Below are positions 1-58,082 of a DNA stretch of 64,000 nt, piece by piece. The stretch spans positions 10,850,001 to 10,914,000 of the forward strand of contig NC_043025.1 in assembly GCF_006345805.1 (NCBI RefSeq), read 5' to 3'. This stretch comes from Octopus sinensis. Its lineage: Eukaryota. The notes beneath the pieces are model-generated. The model saw only the letters and a program-made list of their open reading frames with translations, made no database searches and was not told the origin of the DNA. Both the position numbers and the translations under genes were made by a program. Positions within the stretch are counted from its first letter, which is position 1, and each line of letters begins with the position of its first letter.

Positions 1-345
1 ATCCGAATCAACGGAACAGCCTGCTCGTGAAATTAACGTGTAAGTGGCTGAGCACTCCACAGACACGTGTACCCTTTACGTAGTTCTCGGGGATATTCAG
101 CGTGACACAGAGAGTGACAAGGCCGGCCCTTTGAAATACAGGTACAACAGAAACAGGAAGTAAGAGTGAGAGAAAGTTGTGGTGAAAGAGTACAGCAGGG
201 ATCACCACCACGCCCTGTCGGAGCCTCGTGGAGCTTTTAGGTGTTTTCGCTCAATAAACACTCACAACGCCCTGTCTGGGAATCGAAACCGCGATCCTAC
301 GACCGCGAGTCCGCTGCCCTAACCACTGGGCCATTGCGCCTCCAC
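1..345 (-). mobile_element. SINE family A (tRNA head), cut by window edge
   Basis: Same ~385-bp sequence recurs at 8965, 9413, 18421, 31633, 45973, 49788; Pol III A-box TGGCCCAGTGG and B-box GGTTTCGATTCC. Confidence 0.85.
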
Positions 346-824
346 AATGCAAAAGAAGGTATGGTCTGAAACAGTAGTGGATAGTTTCTGCTATCTTTAG
401 AATGAGAATCTGACCCCAATCATACCTGCAACCAGGTAATCTGGATGAAATTTCTCAATGTCAATGAACACAAAGTAATAACATTACGTATCAATGAGAG
501 ATATGGATATTTTGATATGTTTTAGTGCTATTTCTGAAATATTTGGTTAACACCTTAATTCTGTCATAGTAAAAAAATATTTTAATATTGCTCTACTGAA
601 ATTTATGAAATTTGTGATGAAATTAAATTCTATTCCATGCAATGCATTTGCAGAGAAAATTCATAACCATACGGAATTGAGGTGTGCTTATATTTATTTA
701 TATATTTCTGTTTATTAATATATTTTGTCAATAAATAATTCCACAAAACTACTCAAAATGGATGGATAATATACAAAAGGTAATAAAAGTAGTTTGTCTA
801 CTCTTGATTCCATATAATTATTTA

Positions 825-1129
825 TCTTTATATATAAAACTGAAGTTGTGTGAGAGTCTGTCTCCTACGATTTAGATTCCTAACTACTCCCACATTTTGC
901 GGTGCAGTTTAACCAAAAGCGGGTATCTTATAGTCGTGATTCATATCGAGACTTTCTGGGTGTTAGTGCGCGTCTACGATGAGTCTACGATTTAAAAAAA
1001 AATTTAACATCATTTTTTCGTTTTTTTAATGCATTTTTTGCTCGGTTTATATAAGGGAAGTAACTCTCTAAAAATACTAATATAGTTATTTCCCTTACAA
1101 ACCCGAGCAACGCCGGGTGATACTGCTAG
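825..1129 (+). mobile_element. Non-autonomous Helitron H1
   Basis: a|TC...cccgagcaacgccggg hairpin...CTAG|t. Confidence 0.85.
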
Positions 1130-1303
1130 TATTTTATATTTCTGCATTTTTTTTTTACAAGCTATGTTTGATCTTATTAACATCAAAGTATTTACTACAC
1201 TGATGTTTTCATTGCCCAAAGCAGAAATGCAATGAGGGATCAAGTATATATCTACCCCCATCTAGTGTCTGCAACGCTAAGAGAGATAACCTTTTATATT
1301 ATA

Positions 1304-3334
1304 CTAGCACTATAACCCGGGTCATAGTGCTAGTGCATGCATATACAGCTGCGTGCGAGCGCACATACACGCGAATACTGTCCAAATCTCCGACCAATCA
1401 CATACAGCTAGCTGGCGTTCAATTCGCGTATCAAGTTTTGGGCATTTTGATTGGGTTTTGAATAGAAAATTCACAAAATGTCACTTCTATTGATTTTTTA
1501 ATGGCTTTGCGGGGTGACTGGGAAAATGTAGAGATGTGCACGATCGCCCTTGGACGGTTTTGAATGACCATAGAAAGTGCGAGCCCTCTAACTGAAAAAT
1601 TGTGGATTTGTATAAAGGACACGCACACAGACATTTTGCCGTTTATATATAGAGAGATTTACGGGGTGACTGGGGAAATGTAAAGATGTGCACCACCACC
1701 CTTGGACGGTTTTGAATGAACATAGAAAGTGCAAGCCCTCTAACTGAAAAGTTGTGGATTTGTATAAAGGACACGCACACAGACATTTTGCCGTATATAT
1801 ATAGAGAGATTTATGGGGTGACTGGGGAAATGTAAAGATGTGCACGACCACCCTTGGACGGTTTTGAATGACCATAGAAAGTGCGAGCCCTCTAACTGAA
1901 AAATTGTGGATTTGTATAAAGGACACACACACAGACATTTTGCCGTTTATATATAGAGAGATTTGCGGGGTGACTGGGGAAATGTAAAGATGTGCACGAC
2001 AACCCTTAGACGGTTTTGAATGACTATAGAAAGTGCAAGCCCTCTAACTGAAAAATTGTGGATTTGTATAAAGGACACGCACACAGACATTTTGCCGTTT
2101 ATATATAGAGAGATTTATGGGGTGACTGGGGAAATGTAAAGATGTGCACGATCGCCCTTGGACGGTTTTGAATGACCATAGAAAGTGCAAGCCCTCTAAC
2201 TGAAAAATTGTGGATTTGTACAAAGGACACGCACACAGACAGACATTTTGCTGTATATATATAGAGAGATTTACGGGGTGACTGGGGAAATGTAAAGATG
2301 TGCACGACCACCCTTGGACGGTTTTGAATGACCATAGAAAGTGTGAGCCCTCTAACTGAAAAATTCTGAATTTGTATAAAGGACACACACACAGACATTT
2401 TGCCGTTTATATAGAGAGAGATTTACGGGGTGACTGGGGAAATGTAAAGATGTGCACCACCACCCTTGGACGGTTTTGAATGACCATAGAAAGTGCGAGC
2501 CCTCTAACTGAAAAATTGTGAATTTGTATAAAGGACACACACACAGACATTTTGCCGTTTATATATACAGAGATTTACGGGGTGACTGGGGAAATGTAAA
2601 GATGTGCACGATCGCCCTTGGACGGTTTTGAATGACCATAGAAAGTGCGAGCCCTCTAACTGAAAAATTCTGAATTTGTATAAAGGACACACACATAGAC
2701 ATTTTGCCGTTTATATATACAGAGATTTGTGGGGTGACTGGGGAAATGTAAAGATGTGCACGATCGCCCTTGGACGGTTTTGAATGACCATAGAAAGTGC
2801 GAGCCCTCTAACTGAAAAATTCTGAATTTGTATAAAGGACACACACACAGACATTTTGCCGTTTATATATTTAATGGCTTTGCGGGGTGGCTGGAGAAAT
2901 GTAAAGATGTGCACGACCACCCTTGGACGGTTTTGAATGACCATAGAAAGTGCGAGCCCTCTAACTGAAAAATTGTGGATTTGTATAAAGGACACGCACA
3001 CAGACATTTTGCCGTTTATATATAGAGAGATTTACGGGGTGACTGGGGAAATGTAAAGATGTGCACGACCACCCTTGGACGGTTTTGAATGACCATAGAA
3101 AGTGCAAGCCCTCTAACTGAAAAATTCTGAATTTGTATAAAGGACACACACACAGACATTTTGCCGTTTATATATACAGAGATTTACGGGGTGACTGGGG
3201 AAATGTAAAGATGTGCACGACCACCCTTGGACGGTTTTGAATGAACATAGAAAGTGCGAGCCCTCTAACTGAAAAATTATGGATTTGTATAAAGGACACA
3301 CACACAGACATTTTGCCGTTTATATATAGAGAGA
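1304..3334 (-). mobile_element. Helitron H3 with about 12 tandem ~152-bp copies of its 5' end
   Basis: TC at 3334, CTAG at 1307-1304; the terminus recurs every 152-154 bp. Confidence 0.86.
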
Positions 3335-3404
3335 TTAAACCACTCATATAACATCATAAAGCTCTTATAATAGCAATTCATTAATAACATTTGTTTTATT
3401 TCAG

Positions 3405-48154
<44,750 letters not shown>

Positions 48155-48426
48155 TACTTGGGGATGAATATCTTTTATAAATCCATGTTATATCCGTTAA
48201 GAGGTGATGTATACAAAAAGTCTATTTCTTTGTTGGAGAAAGAAAACGAAAGCTTAGCGGTAATTGTTAATATCGCTTAAAGGACATGGGAATCATTTCC
48301 AGAAACTACGAATTCAACTATCGGCATATATCGGTAATAATATATTATGCTAATTACAATGGCTAAATATTCTTCGGAACAATATTTCTTCATGAAAAGT
48401 TAATATAAACTCGTTAGGTGGCCTTA

Positions 48427-48432
48427 AATAAA
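48427..48432 (+). promoter_or_regulatory. Possible polyadenylation signal of the RPTP
   Basis: First AATAAA seen after the stop codon; region is AT-rich so chance occurrence is likely. Confidence 0.3.
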
Positions 48433-48468
48433 ATGTCCTAAATTTTTAATCTCTCAATATATAACATC

Positions 48469-49514
48469 CTAGCAGTATCGCCCGGCGTTGCTCAGGTTTG
48501 TAAGGGAAATAACTATATAAGCATTTTTAGTGAGTTATAGCTAAAAAATAGCAAAAAAAATGCATTAAAAATGGAATAAAAAATGATGGTAATTTTGGTG
48601 TCTTCAAGCCGTGAAGTCGTTGTTCTAAAAGAACGCTGGTCTCCTTGACAATGCTTTACGACGTTGATTTCCTTACACTCCCTTCCCCACAGCTTCACGA
48701 GGGATGGAAGAAGGGGGAGAAGCAAACAGGTGCAGGTGTGACCATGGACGCCAACTCCGCCGCCATCGACACACGAAAAAATATGCATTAAAATGGAATA
48801 AAAAATGATGTTAAATTATTTTTAAAATCGTAGACTCATCGTAGACGCGCGCTAATATGCAGACGGGCTCGATATGAATCATGACTATAAGATACCCGAA
48901 TTTGGTTAAACTGCACCGCAAAATGTGGGAGTAGTTAGGAATCTAAATCGAAGAGGACAGACACTCACACAACTACAGTTTTATATATAGAGATTTTCTC
49001 TATCTGCCTGTCTGTTTGTCTATCTCTCATTCCTCTGCTTTCTCAAACAGCTCCACCAAATCAAATCAAATTACACAAAGTAATAATATTAGACACCGCG
49101 AGTGTCAAATTGTAATCTTTATATATAAAAGTGAGGTTGTGTGCTGTCTGTCTCCTACGATTTAGATTCCTAACTACTCCCACATTTTGTGGTGCAGTTT
49201 AACCAAAAGCGGGTATCTTATAGTCGTGATTCATATCGAGCCCTTCTGGGTATTAGCGCGCATCTACGATGAGTCTACGATTTAAAAAAAAATTACCATA
49301 ATTTTTTCCGTTTTAATGCATTTTTTCGCTATTATATAAGGGAAGTAACTCTCTAAAAATGTCTACGATGAGTCAACGATTTAAAAAAAAATTTACCATC
49401 ATTTTTTTACCATTTTTAATGCATTTTTTTGCAATTTTTTGGCTATAACTCTCTAAAAATGCTTATATAGTTATTTCCCTTAAAAACCCGAGCAACGCCG
49501 GGCGATACTGCTAG
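48469..49514. mobile_element. Divergent Helitron H1 pair (48469-48993 -, 49116-49514 +)
   Basis: TC and CTAG termini on both copies. Confidence 0.85.
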
Positions 49515-49787
49515 TTTCTATTAAAAGCAATACAAAATTTTATCTAACATAATTTTTCTATAGTCAACTATAGTAAAGCACATTTTATACAACCACTACT
49601 ACGTCAATTGCCGATAAATTCTTTGTTACTATGTCAAACAGGAAGAAAATTTCGTTCAGTGATTTATTTCTTCTTCTATCGTGTGTGTATGTGTATGTGT
49701 GTGTGAATGACATTCAGTAATTCGCCGCTTAACTGCAGATCTTTTACCCTTTTTGAGTTACGTTCCTTATCTCAATTTTTGTTTTAA

Positions 49788-50179
49788 TTCTATGGAAAGC
49801 ACTCCGTCGGTTACGACGACGAGGGTTCCGGTTTATCCGATCAACGGAACAGCCTGCTCGTGAAATTAACGTGTAAGTGGCTGAGCACTCCACAGACACG
49901 TGTACCCTTAACGTAGTTCTCTGGGATATTCAGCGTGACACAGAGAGTGACAAGGCCGGCCCCTTGAAATACAGGTACAACAGAAACAGGAAGTAAGAGT
50001 GAGAGAAAGTTGTGGTGAAAGAGTACAGCAGGGATCACCACCATCCCCTGCCGGAGCCTCGTGGAGCTTTTAGGTGTTTTCGCTCAATAAACACTCACAA
50101 CGCCCAGTCTGGGAATCGAAACCGCGATCCTACGATCGCGAGTCCGCTGCCCTAACCACTGGGCCATTGCGCCTCCACT
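49788..50179 (-). mobile_element. SINE family A
   Basis: Reverse-complement match to the family consensus. Confidence 0.86.
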
Positions 50180-50322
50180 TTAATTTTATATCTTACAATA
50201 AATCAATTTTTACTTATCCTGTGCCTTATTACAGTCAGTCCCCCTCCCCTTCTCTACATTTTTCCATATTCTCTTCTTTATATCTCTCAATGCGTTTCTT
50301 AATTTATTTTTATTCTTTCTTT

Positions 50323-53300
50323 GGATCTTTACGGTTTAAACGGCAGTTTTTTTCTAGCGATGTCATATGAAATTGTCACCCATAATTATGACCCTTGTAT
50401 CGATCTATTACATTTCAATCTGTTTTGGGGTTAGGGTTTGGGGGAAGGGTATCTTTTTTCTTCACAAATGTAAATAAACCCAATCTGTTTCTTAAACGAA
50501 GGACATAGTTATACGGCACAGAATGTTTTTTACCTCAATAGACAGTCATTGATTGGTTGAAATTGCAGAAATTGAAGAAAAAAACAACAAATATCTTACA
50601 AATTATAGAATTTTCTCAATAAAGCCAAGAGAAAAAGATGTTTTATAAACACATTCTACAAGTATACGAAGTTTAAAATTTTTTAATTACCTAGAAATTA
50701 TGTTAAAAACTGCCGTTCAAACCGAAAAGATCCAAACGAGGGACATATTCATACGGCACAGAATGTTTTTTAACCTCAATATACGTCAGTGATTGGTTGA
50801 AATTGCAGAAATTGAAGAAAAAAACCAACAAATATCTTACAAACTATAGAATTTTCTTAATAAAGCCAAGAGAAAAAGATGTTTTATAAACACATTCTAC
50901 AAGTATACGAAGTTTAAAATTTTTTAATTACCTAGAAATTATGTTAAAACCTGCCGTCCAAACCGAAAAGATCCCTGTTCCTTAAACGAGGAACATATTC
51001 ATACAGCACAGAATGTTTTTTACCTCAATGGACATCAGTGATTGGTTGAAATTGCAGAAATTGAAGAAAAAAACCAACAAATATCTTACAAACTATAGAA
51101 TTTTCTCAATAAAGCCAAGAGAAAAAGATGTTTTATAAACACATTCTACAAGTATACGAAGTTTAAAATTTTTTAATTACCTAGAAATTATGTTAAAAAC
51201 TGCCGTTCAAACTGAAAAGATCCAAACGAGGGACATATTCATACGGCACAGAATGTATTTTAACCTCAATAGACAGTCATTGATTTGTTGAAATTGCAGA
51301 AATTGAAGAAAAAAAACAATAAATATCTTACAAACTATAGAATTTTCTCAATAAAGCCAAGAGAAAAAGATGTTTTATAAACACATTCTACCAGTATACG
51401 AAGTTTAAAATTTTTTAATTACCTAGAAAATATGTTAAAAAACTGCCGTTCAAACCGAAAAAATCCCTGTTTCTTAAATGAGGGACATATTCATACGGCA
51501 CAGAATGTATTTTAACCTCAATATACGTCAGTGATTGGTTGAAATTGCAGAAATTGAAGAAAAAAACCAACAAATATCTTACAAACTATAGAATTTTCTC
51601 AATAAAGCCAAGAAAAAAAAGATGTTCTATAAACACATTCTACCAGTGTACGAAGTTTAAAATTTTTTAATTACCTAGAAATTATGTTAAAAACTGCCGT
51701 TCAAACCGAAAAGATCCTGTTCCTTAAACGAGAAACATATTCATACAGCACAGAATGTTTTTTACCTCAATGGACATCAGTGATTGGTTGAAATTGCAGA
51801 AATTGAAGAAAAAAACCAGCAAATATCTTACAAACTATAGAATTTTCTCAATAAAGCCAAGAGAAAAAGATGTTTTATAAACACATTCTACAAGTATACG
51901 AAGTTTAAAATTTTTTAATTACCTAGAAATTATGTTAAAAACTGCTGTTCAAACCGAAAAGATCCAAACGAGGGACATATTCATACGGCACAGAATGTTT
52001 TTTAACCTCAATATACGTCAGTGATTGGTTGAAATTGCAGAAATTGAAGAAAAAAACCAACAAATATCTTACAAACTATAGAATTTTCTCAATAAAGCCA
52101 AGAGAAAAAGATGTTTTATAAACACATTCTACAAGTATACGAAGTTTAAAATTTTTTAATTACCTAGAAATTATGTTAAAAACTGCCGTTCAAACCGAAA
52201 AGATCCAAACGAGGGACATATTCATACGGCACAGAATGTATTTTAACCTCAATAGACAGTCATTGATTGGTTGAAATTGCAGAAATTGAAGAAAAAAAAC
52301 AATAAATATCTTACAAACTATAGAATTTTCTCAATAAAGCCAAGAGAAAAAGATGTTTTATAAACACATTCTACCAGTATACGAAGTTTAAAATTTTTTA
52401 ATTACCTAGAAAATATGTTAAAAACTGCCGTTCAAACCGAAAAAATCCCTGTTTCTTAAATGAGGGACATATTCATACGGCACAGAATGTATTTTAACCT
52501 CAATATACGTCAGTGATTGGTTGAAATTGCAGAAATTGAAGAAAAAAAACCAACAATATCTTACAAACTATAGAATTTTCTCAATAAAGCCAAGAAAAAA
52601 AAGATGTTCTATAAACACATTCTACCAGTGTACGAAGTTTAAAATTTTTTAATTACCTAGAAATTATGTTAAAAACTGCCGTTCAAACGAAAAGATCCTG
52701 TTCCTTAAACGAGAAACATATTCATACAGCACAGAATGTTTTTTACCTCAATGGACATCAGTGATTGGTTGAAATTGCAGAAATTGAAGAAAAAAACCAG
52801 CAAATATCTTACAAACTATAGAATTTTCTCAATAAAGCCAAGAGAAAAAGATGTTTTATAAACACATTCTACAAGTATACGAAGTTTAAAATTTTTTAAT
52901 TACCTAGAAATTATGTTAAAAACTGCTGTTCAAACCGAAAAGATCCAAACGAGGGACATATTCATACGGCACAGAATGTTTTTTAACCTCAATATACGTC
53001 AGTGATTGGTTGAAATTGCAGAAATTGAAGAAAAAAACCAACAAATATCTTACAAACTATAGAATTTTCTCAATAAAGCCAAGAGAAAAAGATGTTTTAT
53101 AAACACATTCTACCAGTATACGAAGTTTAAAATTTTTAATTACCTAGAAATTATGTTAAAAACTGCCGTTCAAACCGAAAAGATCCTGTTCCTTAAACGA
53201 GGAACATATTCATACAGCACAGAATGTTTTTTACCTCAATGGACATCAGTGATTGGTTGAAATTGCAGAAATTGAAGAAAAAAACCAACAAATATCTTAC

Positions 53301-54173
53301 AAACTATAGAATTTTCTCAATAAAGCCAAGATAAAAAGATGTTTTATAAACACATTCTACAAGTATACGAAGTTTAAACTTTTTTAATTACCTAGAAATT
53401 ATGTTAAAAACTGCCGTTCAAACCGAAAAGATCCTGTTCCTTAAACGAGAAACATATTCATACAGCACAGAATGTTTTTTACCTCAATGGACATCAGTGA
53501 TTGGTTGAAATTGCAGAAATTGAAGAAAAAAGCCAACAAATATCTTACAAACTATAGAATTTTCTCAATAAAGCCAAGAGAAAAAGATGTTTTATAAACA
53601 CATTCTACAAGTATACGAAGTTTAAAATTTTTTAATTACCTAGAAATTATGTTAAAAACTGCCGTTCAAACCGAAAAGATCCAAACGAGGGACATATTCA
53701 TACAGCACAGAATGTTTTTTAACCACAATATATGTCACTGATTGGTTGAAATTGCAGAAATTGAAGAAAAAAACCAACAAATATCTTACAAACTATAGAA
53801 TTTTCTCAATAAAGCCAAGAGAAAAAGATGTTCTATAAACACATTCTACCAGTATACGAAGTTTAAAATTTTTTAATTACCTAGAAATTACGTTAAAAAC
53901 TGCCGTTCAAACCGAAAAGATCCTGTTCCTTAAACGAGGAACATATTCATACAGCACAGAATGTTTTTTACCTCAATGGACATCAGTGATTGGTTGAAAT
54001 TGCAGAAATTGAAGAAAAAAAACCAACAAATATCTTACAAACTATAGGATTTTCTCAATAAAGCCAAGAGAAAAAGATGTTTTATAAACACATTCTACCA
54101 GTATACGAAGTTTAAAATTTTTTAATTACCTAGAAATTATGTTGAAAAACTGCCGTTCAAACCGAAAAGGTCC
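50323..54173 (-). repeat. MITE with 15 tandem ~245-bp copies of its TIR-bearing arm
   Basis: Perfect TSD ctttcttt at 50315-50322 and 54174-54181. Confidence 0.9.
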
Positions 54174-54424
54174 CTTTCTTTTTTACTTAATATACATAAT
54201 CAACATATTCGATACAATAATTTTTGTTAATATGGTTAAACGCATGACGAGAAACTCAGGAGGTAACCGCCTTCAGCTGGAAACGGAGAGAATATCGCTA
54301 TTTAGATCATGAAAATATTGCTCAGTAATCTATTGATTCAGTCAAATACAGTCTGCCTGTTGCTCACAAGAAATCCTCCGTCATATCACCATTAATAACC
54401 GCATTTGTAGCCAACAGCTACACA

Positions 54425-54426
54425 GA

Positions 54427-54484
<58 letters not shown>

Positions 54485-54975
54485 TGTATGTATATATATA
54501 TATATCATACATACATGCATGCATACATATATATATATATATATATATATCATATATATATATATCATACATATATGTATTATATCATATGTATATATAT
54601 CATATATATACATATATATGTATATATATCATATATATAATGTATGTATATATATAATATATATATCATACATGCATACTATATATATATATATATGTAT
54701 ATATATCATATATATATATATATCATACATATATGTATATATATCATATGTATATATATACATATATATGTATATATATCATATATAATATGTATATATC
54801 ATATGTATATATATCATATATATACATATATATGTATTATATCATATGTATATATATCATATATATACATATATATGTATATATATCATATATATATATA
54901 TATATCATATATACATATACATATATATATACGTGTGTGTGTGTGCATGTATGTATATATATATATATATATATA
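54425..54975. repeat. Compound TA/TATC/TATG microsatellite
   Basis: Direct reading. Confidence 0.92.
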
Positions 54976-55329
54976 AATCAATAAAATCGTGTAATCTTTT
55001 ATAAATGAAAATATAATTATAAACTCTGGCTACTCAATGCAAATTAATAAATCTATATTAATAAACATCGAAGTTTATCTTTTTTGTATTGAAACAAAAA
55101 CCTTACCAGAACAATGCATGAATTAAAACAGGGATCGTTTAAGGGAACAAATGTTGGAAGACTAAACTATAATGCAATGGTAAGTTCTCCACTTCTCTCT
55201 CTGTCTCACACGACTTTTTTCTCCTTCGATTTCACACACACAACAATCCCCACCAATTATGTATTTTTCTATTCATCTAATTCACAGTGTTGTATAGGCA
55301 GTATATATTGGAACAATATAAACATAAGT

Positions 55330-56305
55330 AGGCGCAGGAGTGGCTGTGTGGTAAGTAGCTTGCTAACCAACCACATGGTTCCGGGTTCAGTCCCACAGCG
55401 TGGCATCTTGGGCAAGTGTCTTCTGCTATAGCCCCGAGCCGACCAATGCCTTGTGAGTGGATTTGGTAGACAGAAACTGAAAGAAGCCTGTCGTATATAT
55501 GTATATATATATAGGTGCAGGAGTGGCTGTGTGGTAAGTAGCTTGCTAACCAACCACATGGTTCCGGGTTCAGTCCCACAGCATGGCATCTTGGGCAAGT
55601 GTCTTCTGCTATAGCCCCGAGCCGACCAATGCCTTGTGAGTGGATTTGGTAGACGGAAACTGAAAGAAGCCTGTCGTATATATGTATATATATATATAGG
55701 TGCAGGAGTGGCTGTGTGGTAAGTAGCTTGCTAACCAACCACATGGTTCCGGGTTCAGTCCCACAGCGTGGCATCTTGGGCAAGTGTCTTCTGCTATAGC
55801 CCCAAGCCGACCAATGCCTTGTGAGTGGATTTGGTAGACGGAAACTGAAAGAAGCCTGTCGTATATATGTATATATATATATAGGTGCAGGAGTGGCTGT
55901 GTGGTAAGTAGCTTGCTAACCAACCACATGGTTCCGGGTTCAGTCCCACAGCGTGGCATCTTGGGCAAGTGTCTTCTGCTATAGCCTCGGGCTGACCAAT
56001 GCCTTGTGAGTGGATTTGGTAGACAGAAACTGAAAAGAAGCCTGTCGTATATATGTATATATATATATAAGTGTGTGTGTATATGTTTGTGTGTCTGTGT
56101 TTGTCCCCCTAGCATTGCTTGACAACCGATGCTGGTGTGTTTACGACCCCGTCACTTAGCGGTTCGGCAAAAGAGACCGATAGAATAAGTACTGGGCTTA
56201 CAAAGAATAAGTCCCGGGGTCGATTTGCTCGACTAAAGGCGGTACTCCAGCATGGCCGCAGTCAAATGACTGAAACAAGTAAAAGAGTAAAGAGTAAAAG
56301 AGAGA
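55330..56305 (+). mobile_element. SINE-B 4-head tandem array
   Basis: Heads at 55330, 55513, 55698, 55883; only the last has a tail. Confidence 0.87.
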
Positions 56306-56436
56306 TAAATATAAACTAAGCATAGGCGCACATAGAGATATATGCATGCGCAAATGAAGACACATAAATTAGAAATACAAAATGGCTGACGGTTAGTAAG
56401 GAGAGACACACAAATAAGAAAGAAGAAAGCAAAGGA

Positions 56437-56476
56437 CCACTGATGAGGTCACAGGAGTGTGATGAAAGAACTCTGG
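56437..56476 (+). ncRNA. Minimal hammerhead-like motif
   Basis: cca-CTGATGA-g-gtcac-aggagt-gtgat-GAAA-gaact-C-tgg; core repeated at 56768-56795. Confidence 0.42.
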
Positions 56477-56984
56477 CTGAAATAAGATTAAGATTAATGT
56501 AAAAAATAAATAACGCTGAAGCAAAGTAACACCAAATATATAGTGTGGGTTTTTTTATTGGCTAAACTGGCAAAATGACCATTCCTAAATACAACAACAA
56601 TAATAATATATTATAAAATATATATTACTAAAAAACCCAGGTTTTTCTACACACATATATATCTTTCTGAAGATATTGATTTAATATTGATTTCCTGATA
56701 TTAATAATAATGGCTGACCGTTAGTAAGGAGAGACACACAAATAAGAAAGAAGAAAGCAAAGGACCACTGATGAGGTCACAGGAGTGTGACGAAAGAAGT
56801 CACAAGAGTGAATGAGGGTTACAAGATAACTGCAGATTGGTCGTCGCACCGGTGGATGGTGAAAGCAAACTGTTATGGTTTCTGTTTCCAAAAGGATTAT
56901 GGAACGCAGCAGGAGAGAGGCCAAAACTGGTGAGGTGGCAAAATCCAGTGGTAATTTACAGAAGTGAAATACCTCCCTCCCCCC

Positions 56985-57315
56985 TTCCCTCCCTCCCTAC
57001 ATCTCTACCTACCCATCTACCTACCTACCTACTTACCTACCAATCTACCTACCTACCTACCCATTACCTACCTACCTACCTACCTATCTTCCTATCTACC
57101 TACCCACCTACCCACCTACCAACCTACCTACATACCTACCCATGTACCTACCTACCTACCCACCTACCTATCTACCTATCTTATCTACCTACCTACCAAC
57201 CTACCTACCTACCCATCCACCTACCTACCTACCTACATACCTACCTACATACATACCTACCCATCTACCTACCTACCTACCTATCTTATCTACCTACCTA
57301 CCTACTTACCTACTT
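56985..57315. repeat. (TACC)n microsatellite
   Basis: Direct reading. Confidence 0.92.
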
Positions 57316-57671
57316 CATTTGGTCAGATAGCGTAGGTCCTCGACTCTATGGTGTTGTATTGGTAACGCCAGTATTGGTAGTAGTAGAAGTGGTCGTGTTG
57401 GTAGTTTAGTAGCAGTAGCAGTAGTTGCTGTAATAATTGTAATAGAGGCATTTTCCTCTTTCCCCACTGCCACTCACTTGCTAATCAGTACCCACTTACA
57501 ACCAGATCCCAGAATGGTAAACAGCTCCCAATTCCGCCACCCCCCTCTCCTAAGGATCTTTCAAATCCTGTCTCCACCACAACCCACCACCGTCCCATCC
57601 TTCCCAGCACATTACTGAATCAACCCACAACATGACTCACCCCCCCTCTCTAAATTGCCAACAGCCTTCGC

Positions 57672-58082
57672 GGATCTTTTCTGTTTGAACGGCAGTTTTT
57701 AACATAATTTCTAGGTAACTAAAAAACTTTAAACTTCGTATTCTGGTAGAATGCGTTTATAAAACATCTTTTTCTCTTGGCTTTATTGAGAAAATTCTAT
57801 AGTTTGTAAGATATTTGTTGTTTCTTTTCTTCAATTTCTGCAATTTCAACCAATCAATGACGTCCATTGAAGTAAAAAAACATCCTTACCCGTATGAATA
57901 TGTCCCTCGTTTAAGAAACAGATTGGGTTTATTTACATTTGTGAAGAAAAAAAGATACCCTTACCCCCACCCCTAACCCTAAAACAGATTGAAATGCAAT
58001 AGATCGATACTAGGGTCATAATTATGGGAGACAATTTCATATGACACCACTAGAAAAACTACCGTTCCAACCGAAAACATCC
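57672..58082 (+). mobile_element. Same MITE, monomer
   Basis: TSD gccttcgc/gcctttgc. Confidence 0.87.

Noticed and set aside
346-435. Donor-like aagaag|gtatgg and a small AG..GT segment upstream of exon 1
   Set aside because: No EGF-like frame, and phase is incompatible with the phase-1 acceptor at 3405.
50323-54173. CRISPR-like regular arrays (also 1.4-3.3, 11.4-12.4, 38.1-38.9 kb)
   Set aside because: No unique spacers, no cas genes, eukaryotic context; each traced to a TE.
55114-55185. MHELKQGSFKGTNVGRLNYNAM followed by a strong donor gtaagt
   Set aside because: No recognisable homology or downstream partner exon; could be chance.
56837-57409. 190-aa ORF
   Set aside because: Mostly (TACC)n; the short unique N-terminal part is unrecognised.
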